A stretch of 63,437 bases of DNA, the filler included, from Bigelowiella natans CCMP2755 (lineage: Eukaryota; Protista; Cercozoa), in NCBI GenBank assembly GCA_000320545.1. It is 5 parts of 5 records of this genome, joined end to end, with 100 filler letters (N's around TTAATTAATTAA, not from the genome) between each part and the next. Parts side by side here need not be neighbours in the genome. Positions count along the whole stretch, not along the records: positions 42,029 to 61,494 come from ADNK01003202.1; positions 61,595 to 63,437 come from ADNK01003045.1; 3 more parts are not named here. One strand, written 5' to 3'. The notes beneath the pieces are model-generated. The model saw only the letters and a list, made by a program, of their open reading frames with translations, was not told the origin of the DNA and ran no database searches. Within the stretch, counting starts at the first letter, position 1. The number at the start of each line of letters is the position of its first letter. Positions 52,009-63,437 of the stretch are shown here, piece after piece. A program made the position numbers and the translations under genes.

Positions 52009-52935
52009 GACGTTTTATTCAAGGACATTGATTCTAGAAGAAAAGCAGTACTTGAATTGATTTTCACCTTCTAAATTATTTGTGGGTTCCGTTTCATCAA
52101 ATACTAAATTTCCCAAACAAACAATATTTATAAGAATCGACGTCTAGGCAAAGCAGAGTCGGTGGGGGAAGACTATCGACCACCTGGGTCGTGCTCCATT
52201 GCAGACCCATGAACAAAATAATCACCAGCATTTATGCTTTACGACAAGACAATGAACACTAAAAAATCATAATTTCCCGGAAATATTACCGGTAACCGGG
52301 AAGGCCTTCCACCCTTAGCCCATGTCGCAGGTCGCAGGTAATGAATTCCCATCCAAATTTAAATCAGTCGCTTTACGTAATTTCTCCAAGATCTATGAGA
52401 GGAAAGCGCGGGAAACAGAAACAGGACACAAGGGGACAGGCCTTCCCACGTACCCTTTTTAGCGACATATAATATCGGCAAGTCTCTTTGGTTTAATGAC
52501 CAGTGTTTTCCCAATATCTCCTCGAATCATGTAGCCAGACTGAGGTGTCTCATTATCTACTATTTATGCTGTATTTATAATAGATTTTGTTATGACGACT
52601 CAATAAATTTGGTCTTTGTAAGAAAATCCTCTTATGCTCATTTGAAGCCCTCACAGCCTGTGAGTCTTAATTTCAAAGCTCTCGTGCTCCCAAAACAAAA
52701 GGCTTGCCCGCAATTGGGAGGAGGCGAGTGGACACCATGGTCACCTCTCATCTACCTAACAGCAAAACAATCGCCTTTATCTTTCGGGACTTCAAAAGTT
52801 TGGCTTGTGTTCAGTCCATTTGATCATCTGAGAGAATGAACCCTTTGTGGTGTTTTCTCCATTCCCGCGCCCATTCGGGAAGGAAGTCAACCTTCCTCTT
52901 TTTAACACTAGCCTATACTATGCCTGTTGTTGTAG

Positions 52936-55452
52936 GAGTTGACAAAAGGATCTATAATGCGCGCGTACAACAGCGACACAAACCAACAACCAATTGTTCA
53001 AGTGTTGGATGTCAAAAAAATGACGGCTAAAGCTGGAAGCAGTTCGGATCGCTACCGGTAAGTAAATATTAATGTGAAATGGATGTGAATTGGTGTGTTT
53101 CGAGCTATGTACTCAGAAAATACGAAGTATTGCTGAGTAAGACTATCCGTATGATCTAGAGTTTTATATCTATGATTGGTTCTTTTTATGTTTGATGTAC
53201 CTTTGCGCTACTGTGCCATAGGCTTGTCATTTCCGACGGAGAATTCTATCAGCAAGGCATGCTTGCGACTCAAAAGAACCACCTAATCGAAAGTGGAGAC
53301 TTAAAGTCCTTTACAGTAATTCTTCTTAAACGCTTCATCGTGAACCTGGTGGCAAATAGAAGGTACTAATCAATTTGCTTCCTTCGATTGAGCCCCATCA
53401 CCATTGTGTCACCGAATGTTTCCTCAGGATAATAATTGTGCTCGACCTCGAAGTGAAGGATTCTTCTCCGGCACAGTGCGTGGGAAACCCGCTGCCTGTT
53501 CAAAAACACGCCAGGTATTACGTTGGATATTTTTTTAACATTATGATTTCGGATTATTTTTTAGCCAAAACTTCATATAAATTTTCTTCTCATTGTACTT
53601 TCATTAGCGGGCAGAAACAGCAGCAACAGCAGCAGCAACAACAACAACCACAGGGATATGGAGGTGGAGGTCAGCAGTCTTCGGGGTACGGTCAAAAGAG
53701 TGTCCCTCCCGGTGGCCCGGCGCACGGAAACAGTTATGGAAACAACAGCAATAACGGTAGTAGCGGCGGCATGTATGGTAACCAGAATAACAAAAATAGT
53801 GGCCGAAGCGGCAGCGGGGTCATGTATGGTAACAACAATTCCTCCTATGGAAACAAGAGTTTTGGAAACGGGAATGGTTCCAGCGGCTATGGAGGAGGAG
53901 GAGGAGGAGGAGGGGGGGGGGGGGGGGGCTATGGTGGCGGGGGTGCGGGGGTGGAGGCTACAATATGAGGTACGTGGTTTGTAGACAAAACATATTCACC
54001 AATTCTAAATGGTACTTTCCATATCTGAAAAAGGGGCGGCGGTCAGCACCGAAACTACCACCCAATTTCTAGCTTGAATCCGTACCAGAACAAGTGGGTT
54101 ATTAAAGCGCGCGTGACGACAAAAGGCTCCATGCGGACCTGGAGCAACCATAAAGGCGAAGGGAAGCTATTTAGCATCGAGTTATTAGATGAGCAGGTCT
54201 CTCCCCCTTTCTCGACTATAAATACACACACACACACACACAGACACAGACACACACCGCCTTTCTATTTGCATTTTTTGGCCGAAGATACCCGTTGTTG
54301 TCAATTAATTCGTTCCTTACATCCTTAAGGGAGGGCAAATCCGAGCGACTATGTTCCAAGAAGCCGCCGAGAAATTCTTTCCGATTTTTCAAGAGGGAAA
54401 GGTATTCGATGCTAAGATTCGATCGGAAATCGTATTCACCGCTTTATTCCGCACAGGTATACACGATTTCTCGCGGGAGCCTGAAGCCGCGGAATGTAAA
54501 GTTCAACAAGACGCCCCACGACTACGAACTTAACTTGGGCCGAGACGCGGAAGTTGAGTTTTGCGGGGAGGATAAAAAGATAAAGCACCAGTTGTTTGAT
54601 TTTAAGCCCATCAACGCGATCCAGGACATGCCAGTCGAAACCTATGTGGATATCATCGGCGTGGTGCAAAGCATAGAGCCGATCTCAGAGATTATCTCCA
54701 GCCGAACCAAAAAGGAGCACAAGAAACGCGTCATTAGACTGTGCGATACTTCGAACGCAGGGGTAGATTATGAACAATAGGCGCCACCGATAGGGGATTT
54801 TGCCCATTTCTGAATATGTATGTTCTAAAGCTTTTTCTCACCTAAGCTTGCTGGCTTCACATTTTATCGCTGTTTTTACGTTAGATTGATCTGACTCTCT
54901 GGAACGACAAAGCCGTAGAATTTGATGAGAACGCCCTGCCAACAGGCGCCATATTAGCTGCCAAAGGCCTCCGCGTTGGAGATTTCTCCGGTACTACTGT
55001 CGCAAGTTTAATGATGCATATATCGAAGCTACGCAAGATAATGTGATAGTGACTGATTCTCTTTTCCTAATGGTACGTTTGATTATCAGGGCGGAGCCTG
55101 TCATCCGGCTTCACAAGCGCGTTTCAGATTAACCCCGATCTCCCAGAGGCTACGAAGCTCCACCAATGGTGTTACAACAACAACAATCCTTAGTTGGAGC
55201 GATTGTATGAAATACAGAAATAACATATGAAAATGCTTTTCGTTTCTCTTTTATTCCTTAGGTACCAAGCAACTCAGGGTCAGGGTGTGACGTCTCTCAG
55301 CGCCTCGGGTGGGGGAGGCAGGGGACCCAGCCGGCGCATAACTATTGGGGATATCCAGGAGCTAAGACAGAATCTCGATGAAACGAAGGCCGAGTATTTT
55401 GACCTCAAGGCCACCCTCATTTTCTGCCGGTATGTATGCAATAGATGTAAAT

Positions 55453-55491
<39 letters not shown>

Positions 55492-56453
55492 CGTCTTCTT
55501 TACACAGCTCCCCCATTCCGCTAATTTGCGTGCATTGGGCTTCTCATTGTAAGTCTCACCATTGAACCCGTACAGAAAATATGAATTCGATCGGCCCCCG
55601 TGGTACGAGGCATGCCCTTCGGACTCCTGCAACAAGAAAGTTATGCAAGTCGATGAAGGACAGTATCGCTGCGAGAAGTGCGATAAGATATATCCGGGCA
55701 GAAGTTTGAGGTAGTACGATCATCGTTTGAAGCAAATTGCATTAAGACTCCAAAATAACATTTGAGTCATGACGAAGATCGATATCGATCATTATTCTTC
55801 TGCGACTAATAATCATGGTTTCTGGATACACTTAATTTAACTCTCTTTTCTCTCACCCTTCCCCCCCCCCTCTCTCTCGCTCTCCCACACCCACGCTAGG
55901 TATATCCTGTCCATGATGGTTGCGGACGAAGACGGGCATCAGTGGGTCACAGCGTTCAATACGGAAGCTGAGGCTATTCTAGGAAAGACTGCGGAGCAGC
56001 TCAACGAATACGTCATGAATGTAAGAAAAATACCTCAAAGTGATATCTTCTGTTCGATTTTTAGCCAGCTGCATGCTTCTAATGCCATTCCTCTCGTTCG
56101 GGATGTGCGCTATGGGAGCGGGAGTGACATTTAGTCCACCTGCGTAACAAACAGCGGAGGGAAACAAAACCGCCCGCGCCTTTTTTCCCTCTTTCTAACA
56201 CAGCTTTTGCATCCTCAAAAGTTAAGAGTGATAATATGTTGCTGTTGTTAACTCCCAGGGCGATGAGGAATCCTTCAACAAGACGCTGCAGGAGCCTAAC
56301 CTGAAAGAGTTCATTTTTGGATGTAGAGCTAAGATAGATATGAATAACGAGGAGCAGCAGATACGCGTCAACCTAACGAAGGCGACACCGATGGATCCCT
56401 TGCAAGAAGCGAAGACCTTGCTGGAAAAGATTGCCAAGTATGATGATCTTTAG
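52936..56453 (+). CDS. RPA1: Replication protein A 70-kDa subunit (first ATG exon not resolved)
   Basis: RPA70N (PIVQVLDVK...RYRLVISDG), [58 protein letters not shown]...YRCEKC zinc finger, [20 protein letters not shown]. Stop at 56451-53. Confidence 0.95.
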
Positions 56454-57470
56454 AATTAGCGGCGCCGCGATTATGAATGGCGACCGACAACGCAGCGATG
56501 AAGACCGATTATAAGAAGATTTCATCCGAATGTATGTCGAATTTATAACAACGTAGTATCCTCTCATCCAAATCGGAAGCTGCAAATGCGCATCTAAAAA
56601 TCGGGTGTTGCCTAAGATGCGCTAGCTAGCTAGATCTAAAGACACATCATCAGACAATTAAAGATGTGTGACAGATGCCTAGACAGATGTCACTGCAAGA
56701 CTGCGCGCCTCAGTTTCTTTGGTCTAGCACCAGAGCTAGAGAGTGGTGCACTGCTAGAGAGGGCTAGAGGGGGGGAAGGCTAGACTAGTAGAAGGCTAGA
56801 AGGGGGGGGGAAGGGGGACAGCTTTAACACATGCAGCCCTGGACTAAATGGAGCCTGTGATGCAGCCAGTGCCCTTCAGGCATTGCATGAACGCACTCAC
56901 GTGTGGACACGTCCAGACGTGTGCGCGCATGCGTGCACTCGCCATGTGCACGCCTGCGATGCTGCAAGTGCGACACAGCGTAGCGTGTGTCTAGCGATCG
57001 ATGGAGCTAGAGAGCAGTTGTGCCACAGTTCGCACGATCTTGCGCTGGCGCATCCTAGCTAGCTAGATCGAATCGTTCGGGCGCTACCAATGGTAGCTGG
57101 CGCTAGACAGACTAGCCTCATGTGGAACTGCCAGACAAACCATCGCAAGCTGAACAACACACAACAGTTTTGCATGGGACGAGCTTTCTTCTCGCCGAAA
57201 AAATCTCGAAAACACATCGTAAATGTAGAAAGCCATGGAAAGTCGTCTAGATCTAAGACTTGGTCAACTTGCAAGAAATCACATCGTTCGGGCCTCTCCG
57301 TATGATTTGGGTCCATGACATTTCAAAATCCCCTGCATTTCTTTAGGTTTGCTTGACCTGCCGAAGTAAGTGGTGGACTCTCCGATTCAACCCAGCTTTT
57401 CGGGTGAGTCTGGCTGTTCGGATTTAAGAAAATGCCCTGTGATTTAACCTAGCGACTTGGACAACGTGCG

Positions 57471-58685
57471 ATGAAAAGTAAGAAACAAGGGTTGCAAAAT
57501 CTTCCGGGCGTCATTTGTTCATGTACCCACGTTCCTCAAATCCCGAAGAGAAACAAAATGCACTACTTCCCCATCTTCAGGCCATCATGGATAGCGAGAG
57601 GAAAGAGTGATGCGATCTGGGAAGATGAGAACAGCGGTACAGGCTGGGGAAATGGGAAAGCCTTTCCCATGGAGGCGTATCAAGCTCCTGGAGCAAAAAG
57701 ACTTCGGGGGAGTTCGGATGTTAAAGAACCTGCTTCCAAATCGAGGTCCAGGCTCGCAGGTCAAACTATACGGAAAGTGGAGAAAGCGTTATCCAAGGAT
57801 ATTGTCCGGATAATTTGTGAATGTTCATCCGCAATCGAGCTATGTCGACTATCATGCGTCTCGAAGAAGTTCCAAGGGATCGCACGTTCAGTAAGCCTTA
57901 AGCATCCATCGGTTATCACCCGTCTCGTGCTATCATATTCACAAAAAAAAAACTATTCTGAGAAAACTGCCGTTCTCCTCGACTTCTTGGATCCACACTA
58001 TTCCTATCCCCTCCTAGCAACGACTTTTAACACTAAGAACACGGACTTGAGCCGTCTTCCACGACATCACATTGTTCAATTCCGCGAAATCCTTTACTCC
58101 GTTTTGCACAACTTGGTGGATAAACCGAAGATGGGCTACGAATTCATGGAGGAGAGAATGGCTTTCATCATTGGTCGGCTGGACCTCGCAGCACGTAATC
58201 AGAAACGCAAAAAGTTTATCCCAAAGAATTCTCAAGATTTCGGGAACTTCTCTCTAGGATTCACAAGAAGGCTCAATCAAATCGTATCACATCTTCATTT
58301 AGACTCAAACAGAAGAGCGCTACGACTACTTGCTCTTTCCCTTCCAGAGCTACTCGCCCCTTATAAAGAGCAAATCATGAAGAAAGTCGTCGCCTGTATA
58401 AAAGCAAACCAAAAAGAAGAATTTCATGATTTACTGGAATGCCTGTGTTTCGATATCCCGAAGGTTGCTGATTGGGTCCAACAGGTCCAGAACGCCCTAA
58501 AAAACGCCCTAAAAAAATCCCCGGCGTTGTGGAGAGCTTTACTGACACGCTATGTTGGGTCTGAGGATTATGGCCAATTGGAAATGGACGATTTGTCTTG
58601 GAAGTATATTCATAACTGCAACCGTGCTCTTGGCAGAGGCATTAGTAGGCAAGCGATGACTTTTGATCGTGTGATATGTAGCTAG
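57471..58685 (+). CDS. Single-exon F-box-like protein
   Basis: Uninterrupted 404-codon ORF with the F-box-like segment LSKDIVRIICECSSAIELCRLSCVSKKFQGIA. The true start may be a downstream ATG. Confidence 0.62.
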   Translation: MKSKKQGLQNLPGVICSCTHVPQIPKRNKMHYFPIFRPSWIARGKSDAIWEDENSGTGWGNGKAFPMEAYQAPGAKRLRGSSDVKEPASKSRSRLAGQTIRKVEKALSKDIVRIICECSSAIELCRLSCVSKKFQGIARSVSLKHPSVITRLVLSYSQKKNYSEKTAVLLDFLDPHYSYPLLATTFNTKNTDLSRLPRHHIVQFREILYSVLHNLVDKPKMGYEFMEERMAFIIGRLDLAARNQKRKKFIPKNSQDFGNFSLGFTRRLNQIVSHLHLDSNRRALRLLALSLPELLAPYKEQIMKKVVACIKANQKEEFHDLLECLCFDIPKVADWVQQVQNALKNALKKSPALWRALLTRYVGSEDYGQLEMDDLSWKYIHNCNRALGRGISRQAMTFDRVICS

Positions 58686-59610
58686 CTGTTGGACTTCACA
58701 CGTCATCGTAATGACTACTTGCCATTCAAAATTAACCATAGACATTGGATGTTATGTACACAATGCTAAAATTGTATGTTTACAGATGTGCTTTTGCATG
58801 CGCATGCTTATGTATGCATGTACATCTACTTCCTCCCGGGCGCATACATTTGCACACACAAAGCTTGAGGTTGTTGAAATAAAGCAAAACATAGCCGTTA
58901 GAGCGCGCGCGCAAGGAAGCCGGGCAGGAAAGCATTCAATGTGGCGTTTGCAATCCATCCACGACCTTTTCTAGTTTTGCCATTAGATAATCTGTCCATG
59001 TGATGAGAAACGTGATCTTTTATTAGCTAGCACGCATGATGTGTGCAATTACATCGCACATGTGACATGGACTGTGTCAATTCATAGCAACAGGACATTG
59101 CAACGTGAAAGCAAATGAATCAACAATGACACACACACAGAAAAGAAGAAACAATGTTTTCACATGACAACGCACATGGCAGGGCTAGCATCGTGCCAGC
59201 AGCGTGCATGCAGTTATGGAAGGCCTGCATGGTATGGCTACTAAACGTGGCGATGGACATGTGCGTGTGTTTGGATCTCTTTTTGCAGCACATGTGCACG
59301 CATGCACGCGTGCATGCTAGCATGCATGGTGTGGAATGCGCATCCACACACGACCGTGTTTTTGTCTTCACACATGCATGCGCACACATGCTAGCATGGT
59401 GCGTGCATCCACACACGATCATCGCATGTGCACACATTTTGCACGATGTGCTATTTCGACAAACACTCAAATGAGCACAGTTGATGCTCGAAAGGATCAA
59501 TCATTAGAGTATGCAATGTTGTGTCCTCGCACGATGAACATCAAGATTGCGCATGCATCTAAACATGCTTCGTGATTCCTATGTTTTTCTTCGCTCATCA
59601 ATCTCTTTGT

Positions 59611-60479
59611 TTAGCCTTGCTTCTGTTCTTGCTTCACATCACAGACTGCTTTCGCTACGTCCGAAAGATATTTCTCTGTCTCAGCCGGTGAGCGAAATCG
59701 TAAGACTATGTGATGCTTGAGTTTGTAGAATCCGTCCTTATCATGACGTCCAAGTGGAAAAGTTCCTACCTGGAATGCAGATGAGTACCTGCGCCTTTTC
59801 TCCCAATGGAATCCCAACAGATGATAAAAAAGGGACTTCTCCGGCGCGAAAGGATTTACTTGATCCCATAGATTCTCTACATTTCCATTACATATTATTT
59901 CCTGCTTCCACCACCGCGATGTGGTGCGTGAGAGGAGACGGATCAAGTTTACAAGGAGAGAGTAATCCAGCCAAATGACAACAGTAGAATGATCGCAAAG
60001 AATGTCTCTCACGCAGCGGTAGTTACCGCAAGTAGTGAACCCTGTGTGACCGCAAGATGAGATGGCTCTTTTTACTTTGCATCGCATCTCTTCGTGGGAG
60101 GAACTTCCCCACCCAGGCTTATGATACAGATTGTCGAGCTCAACGTGTGTCTTCTTCGTCATGTTTGCTAAGCGCGCTGCCAGTGTGGTCTTCCCGGAGG
60201 ATGTTGAGCCTACAACTAGGACCCGATCCTATTGACAATCAACAAATATTAACCTTCGCGCGCATTCAGAGTGTAGACATTGTGGTAGGTTTTCTGCAAC
60301 AGCACCATGTCACGAAGGCCTCCTTGCAATGTTGTTATCCCGTCGGGCATGTTGGATTTGGAGCAATACTCAACCCACTGGGCCGACGGCCGCTGGAAGG
60401 TAAAAGACCACCGGATGTACAATACGAACACAAGTGCCGCAATAGTTAGGAGGCACAGGAGAAGAGTGAGGACTGCCAT
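59611..60479 (-). CDS. FlaR / topology-modulation-protein-like P-loop (adenylate kinase-like) protein with N-terminal membrane anchor
   Basis: Spliced DRVLVVGSTSSGKTTLAARLA...HVELDNLYHKPGW...GNY...VVIWLDYS...LLSRT...GNVE...VLRFRSPAETEKYL, following the bacterial FlaR-like pattern. N-terminal hydrophobic stretch MAVLTLLLCLLTIAALVFVLYI. Confidence 0.75.
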
Positions 60480-60933
60480 AGCGTATTGAGTTTTGCAAGC
60501 AGACGTCGTATCGGTCGGAAGGAGCGAACAAAAAAAAAACGCCTGCAATTCTAACAAAGTTTTCACAAATTAGAACGAATTTCAGCAAAATCCACGGCGT
60601 TACACAACTTTCGGAACGAGAAGGAGCAAGAACGACCCTTTTTGCCGATTTTTCGGCGATATTTTTCGAGACGCCGATGTGAAATGCTATGTGATTTTAT
60701 TTGATCAATGTGAAGTCAATTAGAATTATTTTGATGCGTTAATTATCGAAGGAAAAACAGGTTTAACAGACAACAGATCCAACACATTCCAGGAGAAATT
60801 GAGAGGTGCCACGTGTCAGGCTTTCCCCCCCCCCCTCTTTTTTTTTTGCACTGTAGATCAATACCGTGGGTGTTCTCTAGAAAGCGACGAATTTCATGTT
60901 AGCAAATGACCGCCTCTTTTGTGGACAGAAAAG

Positions 60934-62662
60934 ATGCTGGGTAGGATATTTGCTAGAGCTCCGCTCAGATCGAGTGGTAGCTCTCTGCTTTGCTTCAAAC
61001 GGGCGGTACAAGTTTCAACGCTGGTAGATAATTGCGTTAGGATTTCGTTTGGCAAGCACTCATGTTTAGTGATTTAGGAAGTTTCAAGGGCCATGATGGG
61101 TCCCCATATCGACTTGTTTAATTGTGCAATCTGCGGTCTTCTCTGCTATTCCTTCCCTCTCCCAACCTGACTCCCATCCTATCCCTGACTGCTACCCTTT
61201 CGCCAGACTTCTTCATGGGGCTCCATTAAATTTTGCTCTACGTCGGCAGAAGCTCCAAAGTGAGGAGAAGAGGGGATGGGGGTTCAGGGGGGGGGGGGTA
61301 TAATGTATGCAGAATATCGTACGAGAGTAGTATCTTTATTATCTTAGGCAAACCTTACAGTCATACTATTTATCCCTTTATGCTCATAAATATATATGCC
61401 AGATACTAACTGAAGTGTTCAGTAGCAGCAGGAGAAGTCGTTGTTGTTGTAGTAGTAATAGTATGATGCATCTGATTGTGTGTGTGTGTGTGTGNNNNNN
61501 NNNNNNNNNNNNNNNNNNNNNNNNNNNNNNNNNNNNNNTTAATTAATTAANNNNNNNNNNNNNNNNNNNNNNNNNNNNNNNNNNNNNNNNNNNNATATAT
61601 ATATATTACTATATCCGTATACACTTCCTGGTAATCGTCGTTCATCCTTCCAAATTAGATCTGGACGCGAAGGCCAGTGCTGCCGCCCAGCAGGTTTACC
61701 TTCAGGGGTTGAGGGGGGGGGGGGGGGGGGTTATAGACAGAACAACAAAAAACCCCCAGTCGGCGCATTGTTTCACCCCTGTTTTGGTTGTGTGCTCGCT
61801 CTCATCCTTTGATATCACAACAACAACGCACACGCACACACACACACTCACACACTCACGCGTTCATGATGTGTGCAGATGAGGGAGGAGCACCAACGCG
61901 CCCTAGATGCCCTACGAGCAGAAATGGATGGCAAGATCACGGCGCTCACCTCCCAGCATAAGCGAGCGATGGAGGAGCAGCGCGAAGTGGACCAGAAGCG
62001 ACTCGCCGAGGCGCTGGCTGATGCGACGGCGACGAAGGAGCAGGTTGGGGTGTTTTGTTTTGGGAGACGGCCTGTCCGCAAGTGGCAAGCGAGGAGTTGT
62101 TGTTGTTGTTGTTTGCTGATTTCTCCGATTGCGGTGTGGATGTGACGCCGCTCTCGTCGTTCGCCTTTCGCAGGAGAAAAAGGCCTTGGAGGGGGCGCTG
62201 CGCGACGAGTTCAAGAGGAAGATGCAGGCCGAGATGGCGGCGTGGAAGAAGGAGCGCGGTACTTGAGGATATATGCACAACACAACGACCGCTGCGACAA
62301 CATTAACAGCAGCAGCACCACTAGCAGAAGATGGGGGGGGGGGGCGCTGCAGTTGTGACCGGGTGTTCAACGCACAGGATTGTGTTTTGTTTGCTTGTAT
62401 GCGTCTAATTCATTACGTGTCTCTTCTCCTCGCTCTAACCATCATGCCATCGTTGCAGTGTTTCTCGATAAAATACCGTAGCGTCGTTCTTTCTTCACCT
62501 CGCTCCTCTACACCCCTTCTCCCCCTAAAACAAACTGTCCGCCGGATGATTTCGTTGTGCAGAGAGGATAATAGAGGAGCGCGACAGTGAGAGTCGTAGA
62601 GAAAGAAGACTACATCAAACGCCTTGAGTCTAGCGAGGCTACTAGCGCAGATAGGTAAGGAA

Positions 62663-62704
<42 letters not shown>

Positions 62705-62735
62705 TTATATACACATATCATATTTATACATATGT

Positions 62736-62775
<40 letters not shown>

Positions 62776-63160
62776 CTGTCCTTGTTTGGCCTCCCAGAAA
62801 TGAACGGCTTCAAAGGAGGAAGCTCGAAATAGAGGAGCTCAACAAGATGATAGAGAGCAAAGAGGTTGCTGATTCACCTTCTAAGGAAATCCCCAGCAGC
62901 CGATTCATATTGTCGCGAAAAGTACAGAAATGAGCTCCCCCCTCCCCTTCTCCCCCCCGCTCAGAGCCTTATTCGCGAGACGCAACGAGAATGGAAGAAT
63001 TTGTGCGACAAGCAGGTTATACCATGTGCGCTGTGAGCCTCGTGCGTTCCCCCACCCGCCCCCTGCGACGAGGCAGCCATCTAAGATGATGAATGGTGTG
63101 CACGCATTGCAGAGGAAGGAGATGCATCATGACCACGAGAAGCAGCTTTCCAGGTCTGCC
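60934..63160 (+). CDS. Coiled-coil protein with mitochondrial presequence-like N-terminus (spans a gap, continues past the window)
   Basis: MLGRIFARAPLRSSGSSLLCFKRAVQ spliced to TSSWGSIKFCSTSAEAPK (Arg/Ser-rich, no acidic residues before AEAP). After the gap, long helical exons (MREEHQRALDALRAEMDGK...; EKKALEGALRDEFKRKMQAEMAAWKKER). Confidence 0.5.
61495..61594. other. Scaffold gap
   Basis: N run with TTAATTAATTAA spacer. Confidence 0.98.
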
Positions 63161-63437
63161 GTGCGGTCTTCTGGCTTGTCCTTGCTAGCGGAGCGCGAGG
63201 AAAGAAAGGAAGGGGGAGATTTCGATGAGAGAGCTGTGACGGGAGAGCTCTAGAGAAGCGAGATAACAGGGGAGGGAGGGAGGGAGGAAGGGGGGGGGGG
63301 GGGGCGCTTTGAAGTTCATTGTACAGTTGAAAAATTGCACGTGTAGAGACAAGAAATTGAAAGAACTCAGGGGTACAATAGACGAGGTGATTTGACAATT
63401 TTTTTCACAAAAGGGATATGTTTTGGGTCGGGAGGTC

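Overview
Eukaryotic, intron-rich nuclear DNA with microsatellite-filled introns and four 100-nt scaffold gaps. Bipartite signal-plus-transit leaders on green-lineage plastid proteins (CSP41a, PLR1-like aldo-keto reductase), together with a flagellar Rib72/EFHC gene, suggest a chlorarachniophyte-like alga (inference). The window opens with a young, near-complete Ty3/gypsy LTR retrotransposon on the minus strand (1-5692). About 17 spliced genes follow, mostly in head-to-head pairs: a WW/coiled-coil protein, PLR1-like AKR, ubiquitin E2, RIO1, PDI, a glutaredoxin-like protein, a cytochrome b5-domain protein, CSP41a, EFHC/Rib72, a DExH helicase, an AlkB-like dioxygenase, RPA1, an F-box protein, a FlaR-like P-loop kinase and several unassigned coiled-coil genes. 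All gene models were spliced by hand from GT-AG sites and reading-frame continuity, so they need RNA confirmation. Best leads: (1) a glutaredoxin-like gene the ORF track misses, with two in-frame UGA codons (N-terminal MSC-U and an active-site U-H-L-C), a C-terminal SKL peroxisomal signal and a candidate SECIS; (2) a ubiquitin E2 carrying a signal/transit-like leader that ends in a ubiquitin-like LRGG motif; (3) a degenerate Dam-like methyltransferase module at the C-terminus of the gypsy Pol; (4) a WW-WW-DExH helicase with a plant SHI/STY-type zinc finger; (5) purine-pyrimidine-alternating tracts restricted to 3' intergenic regions.
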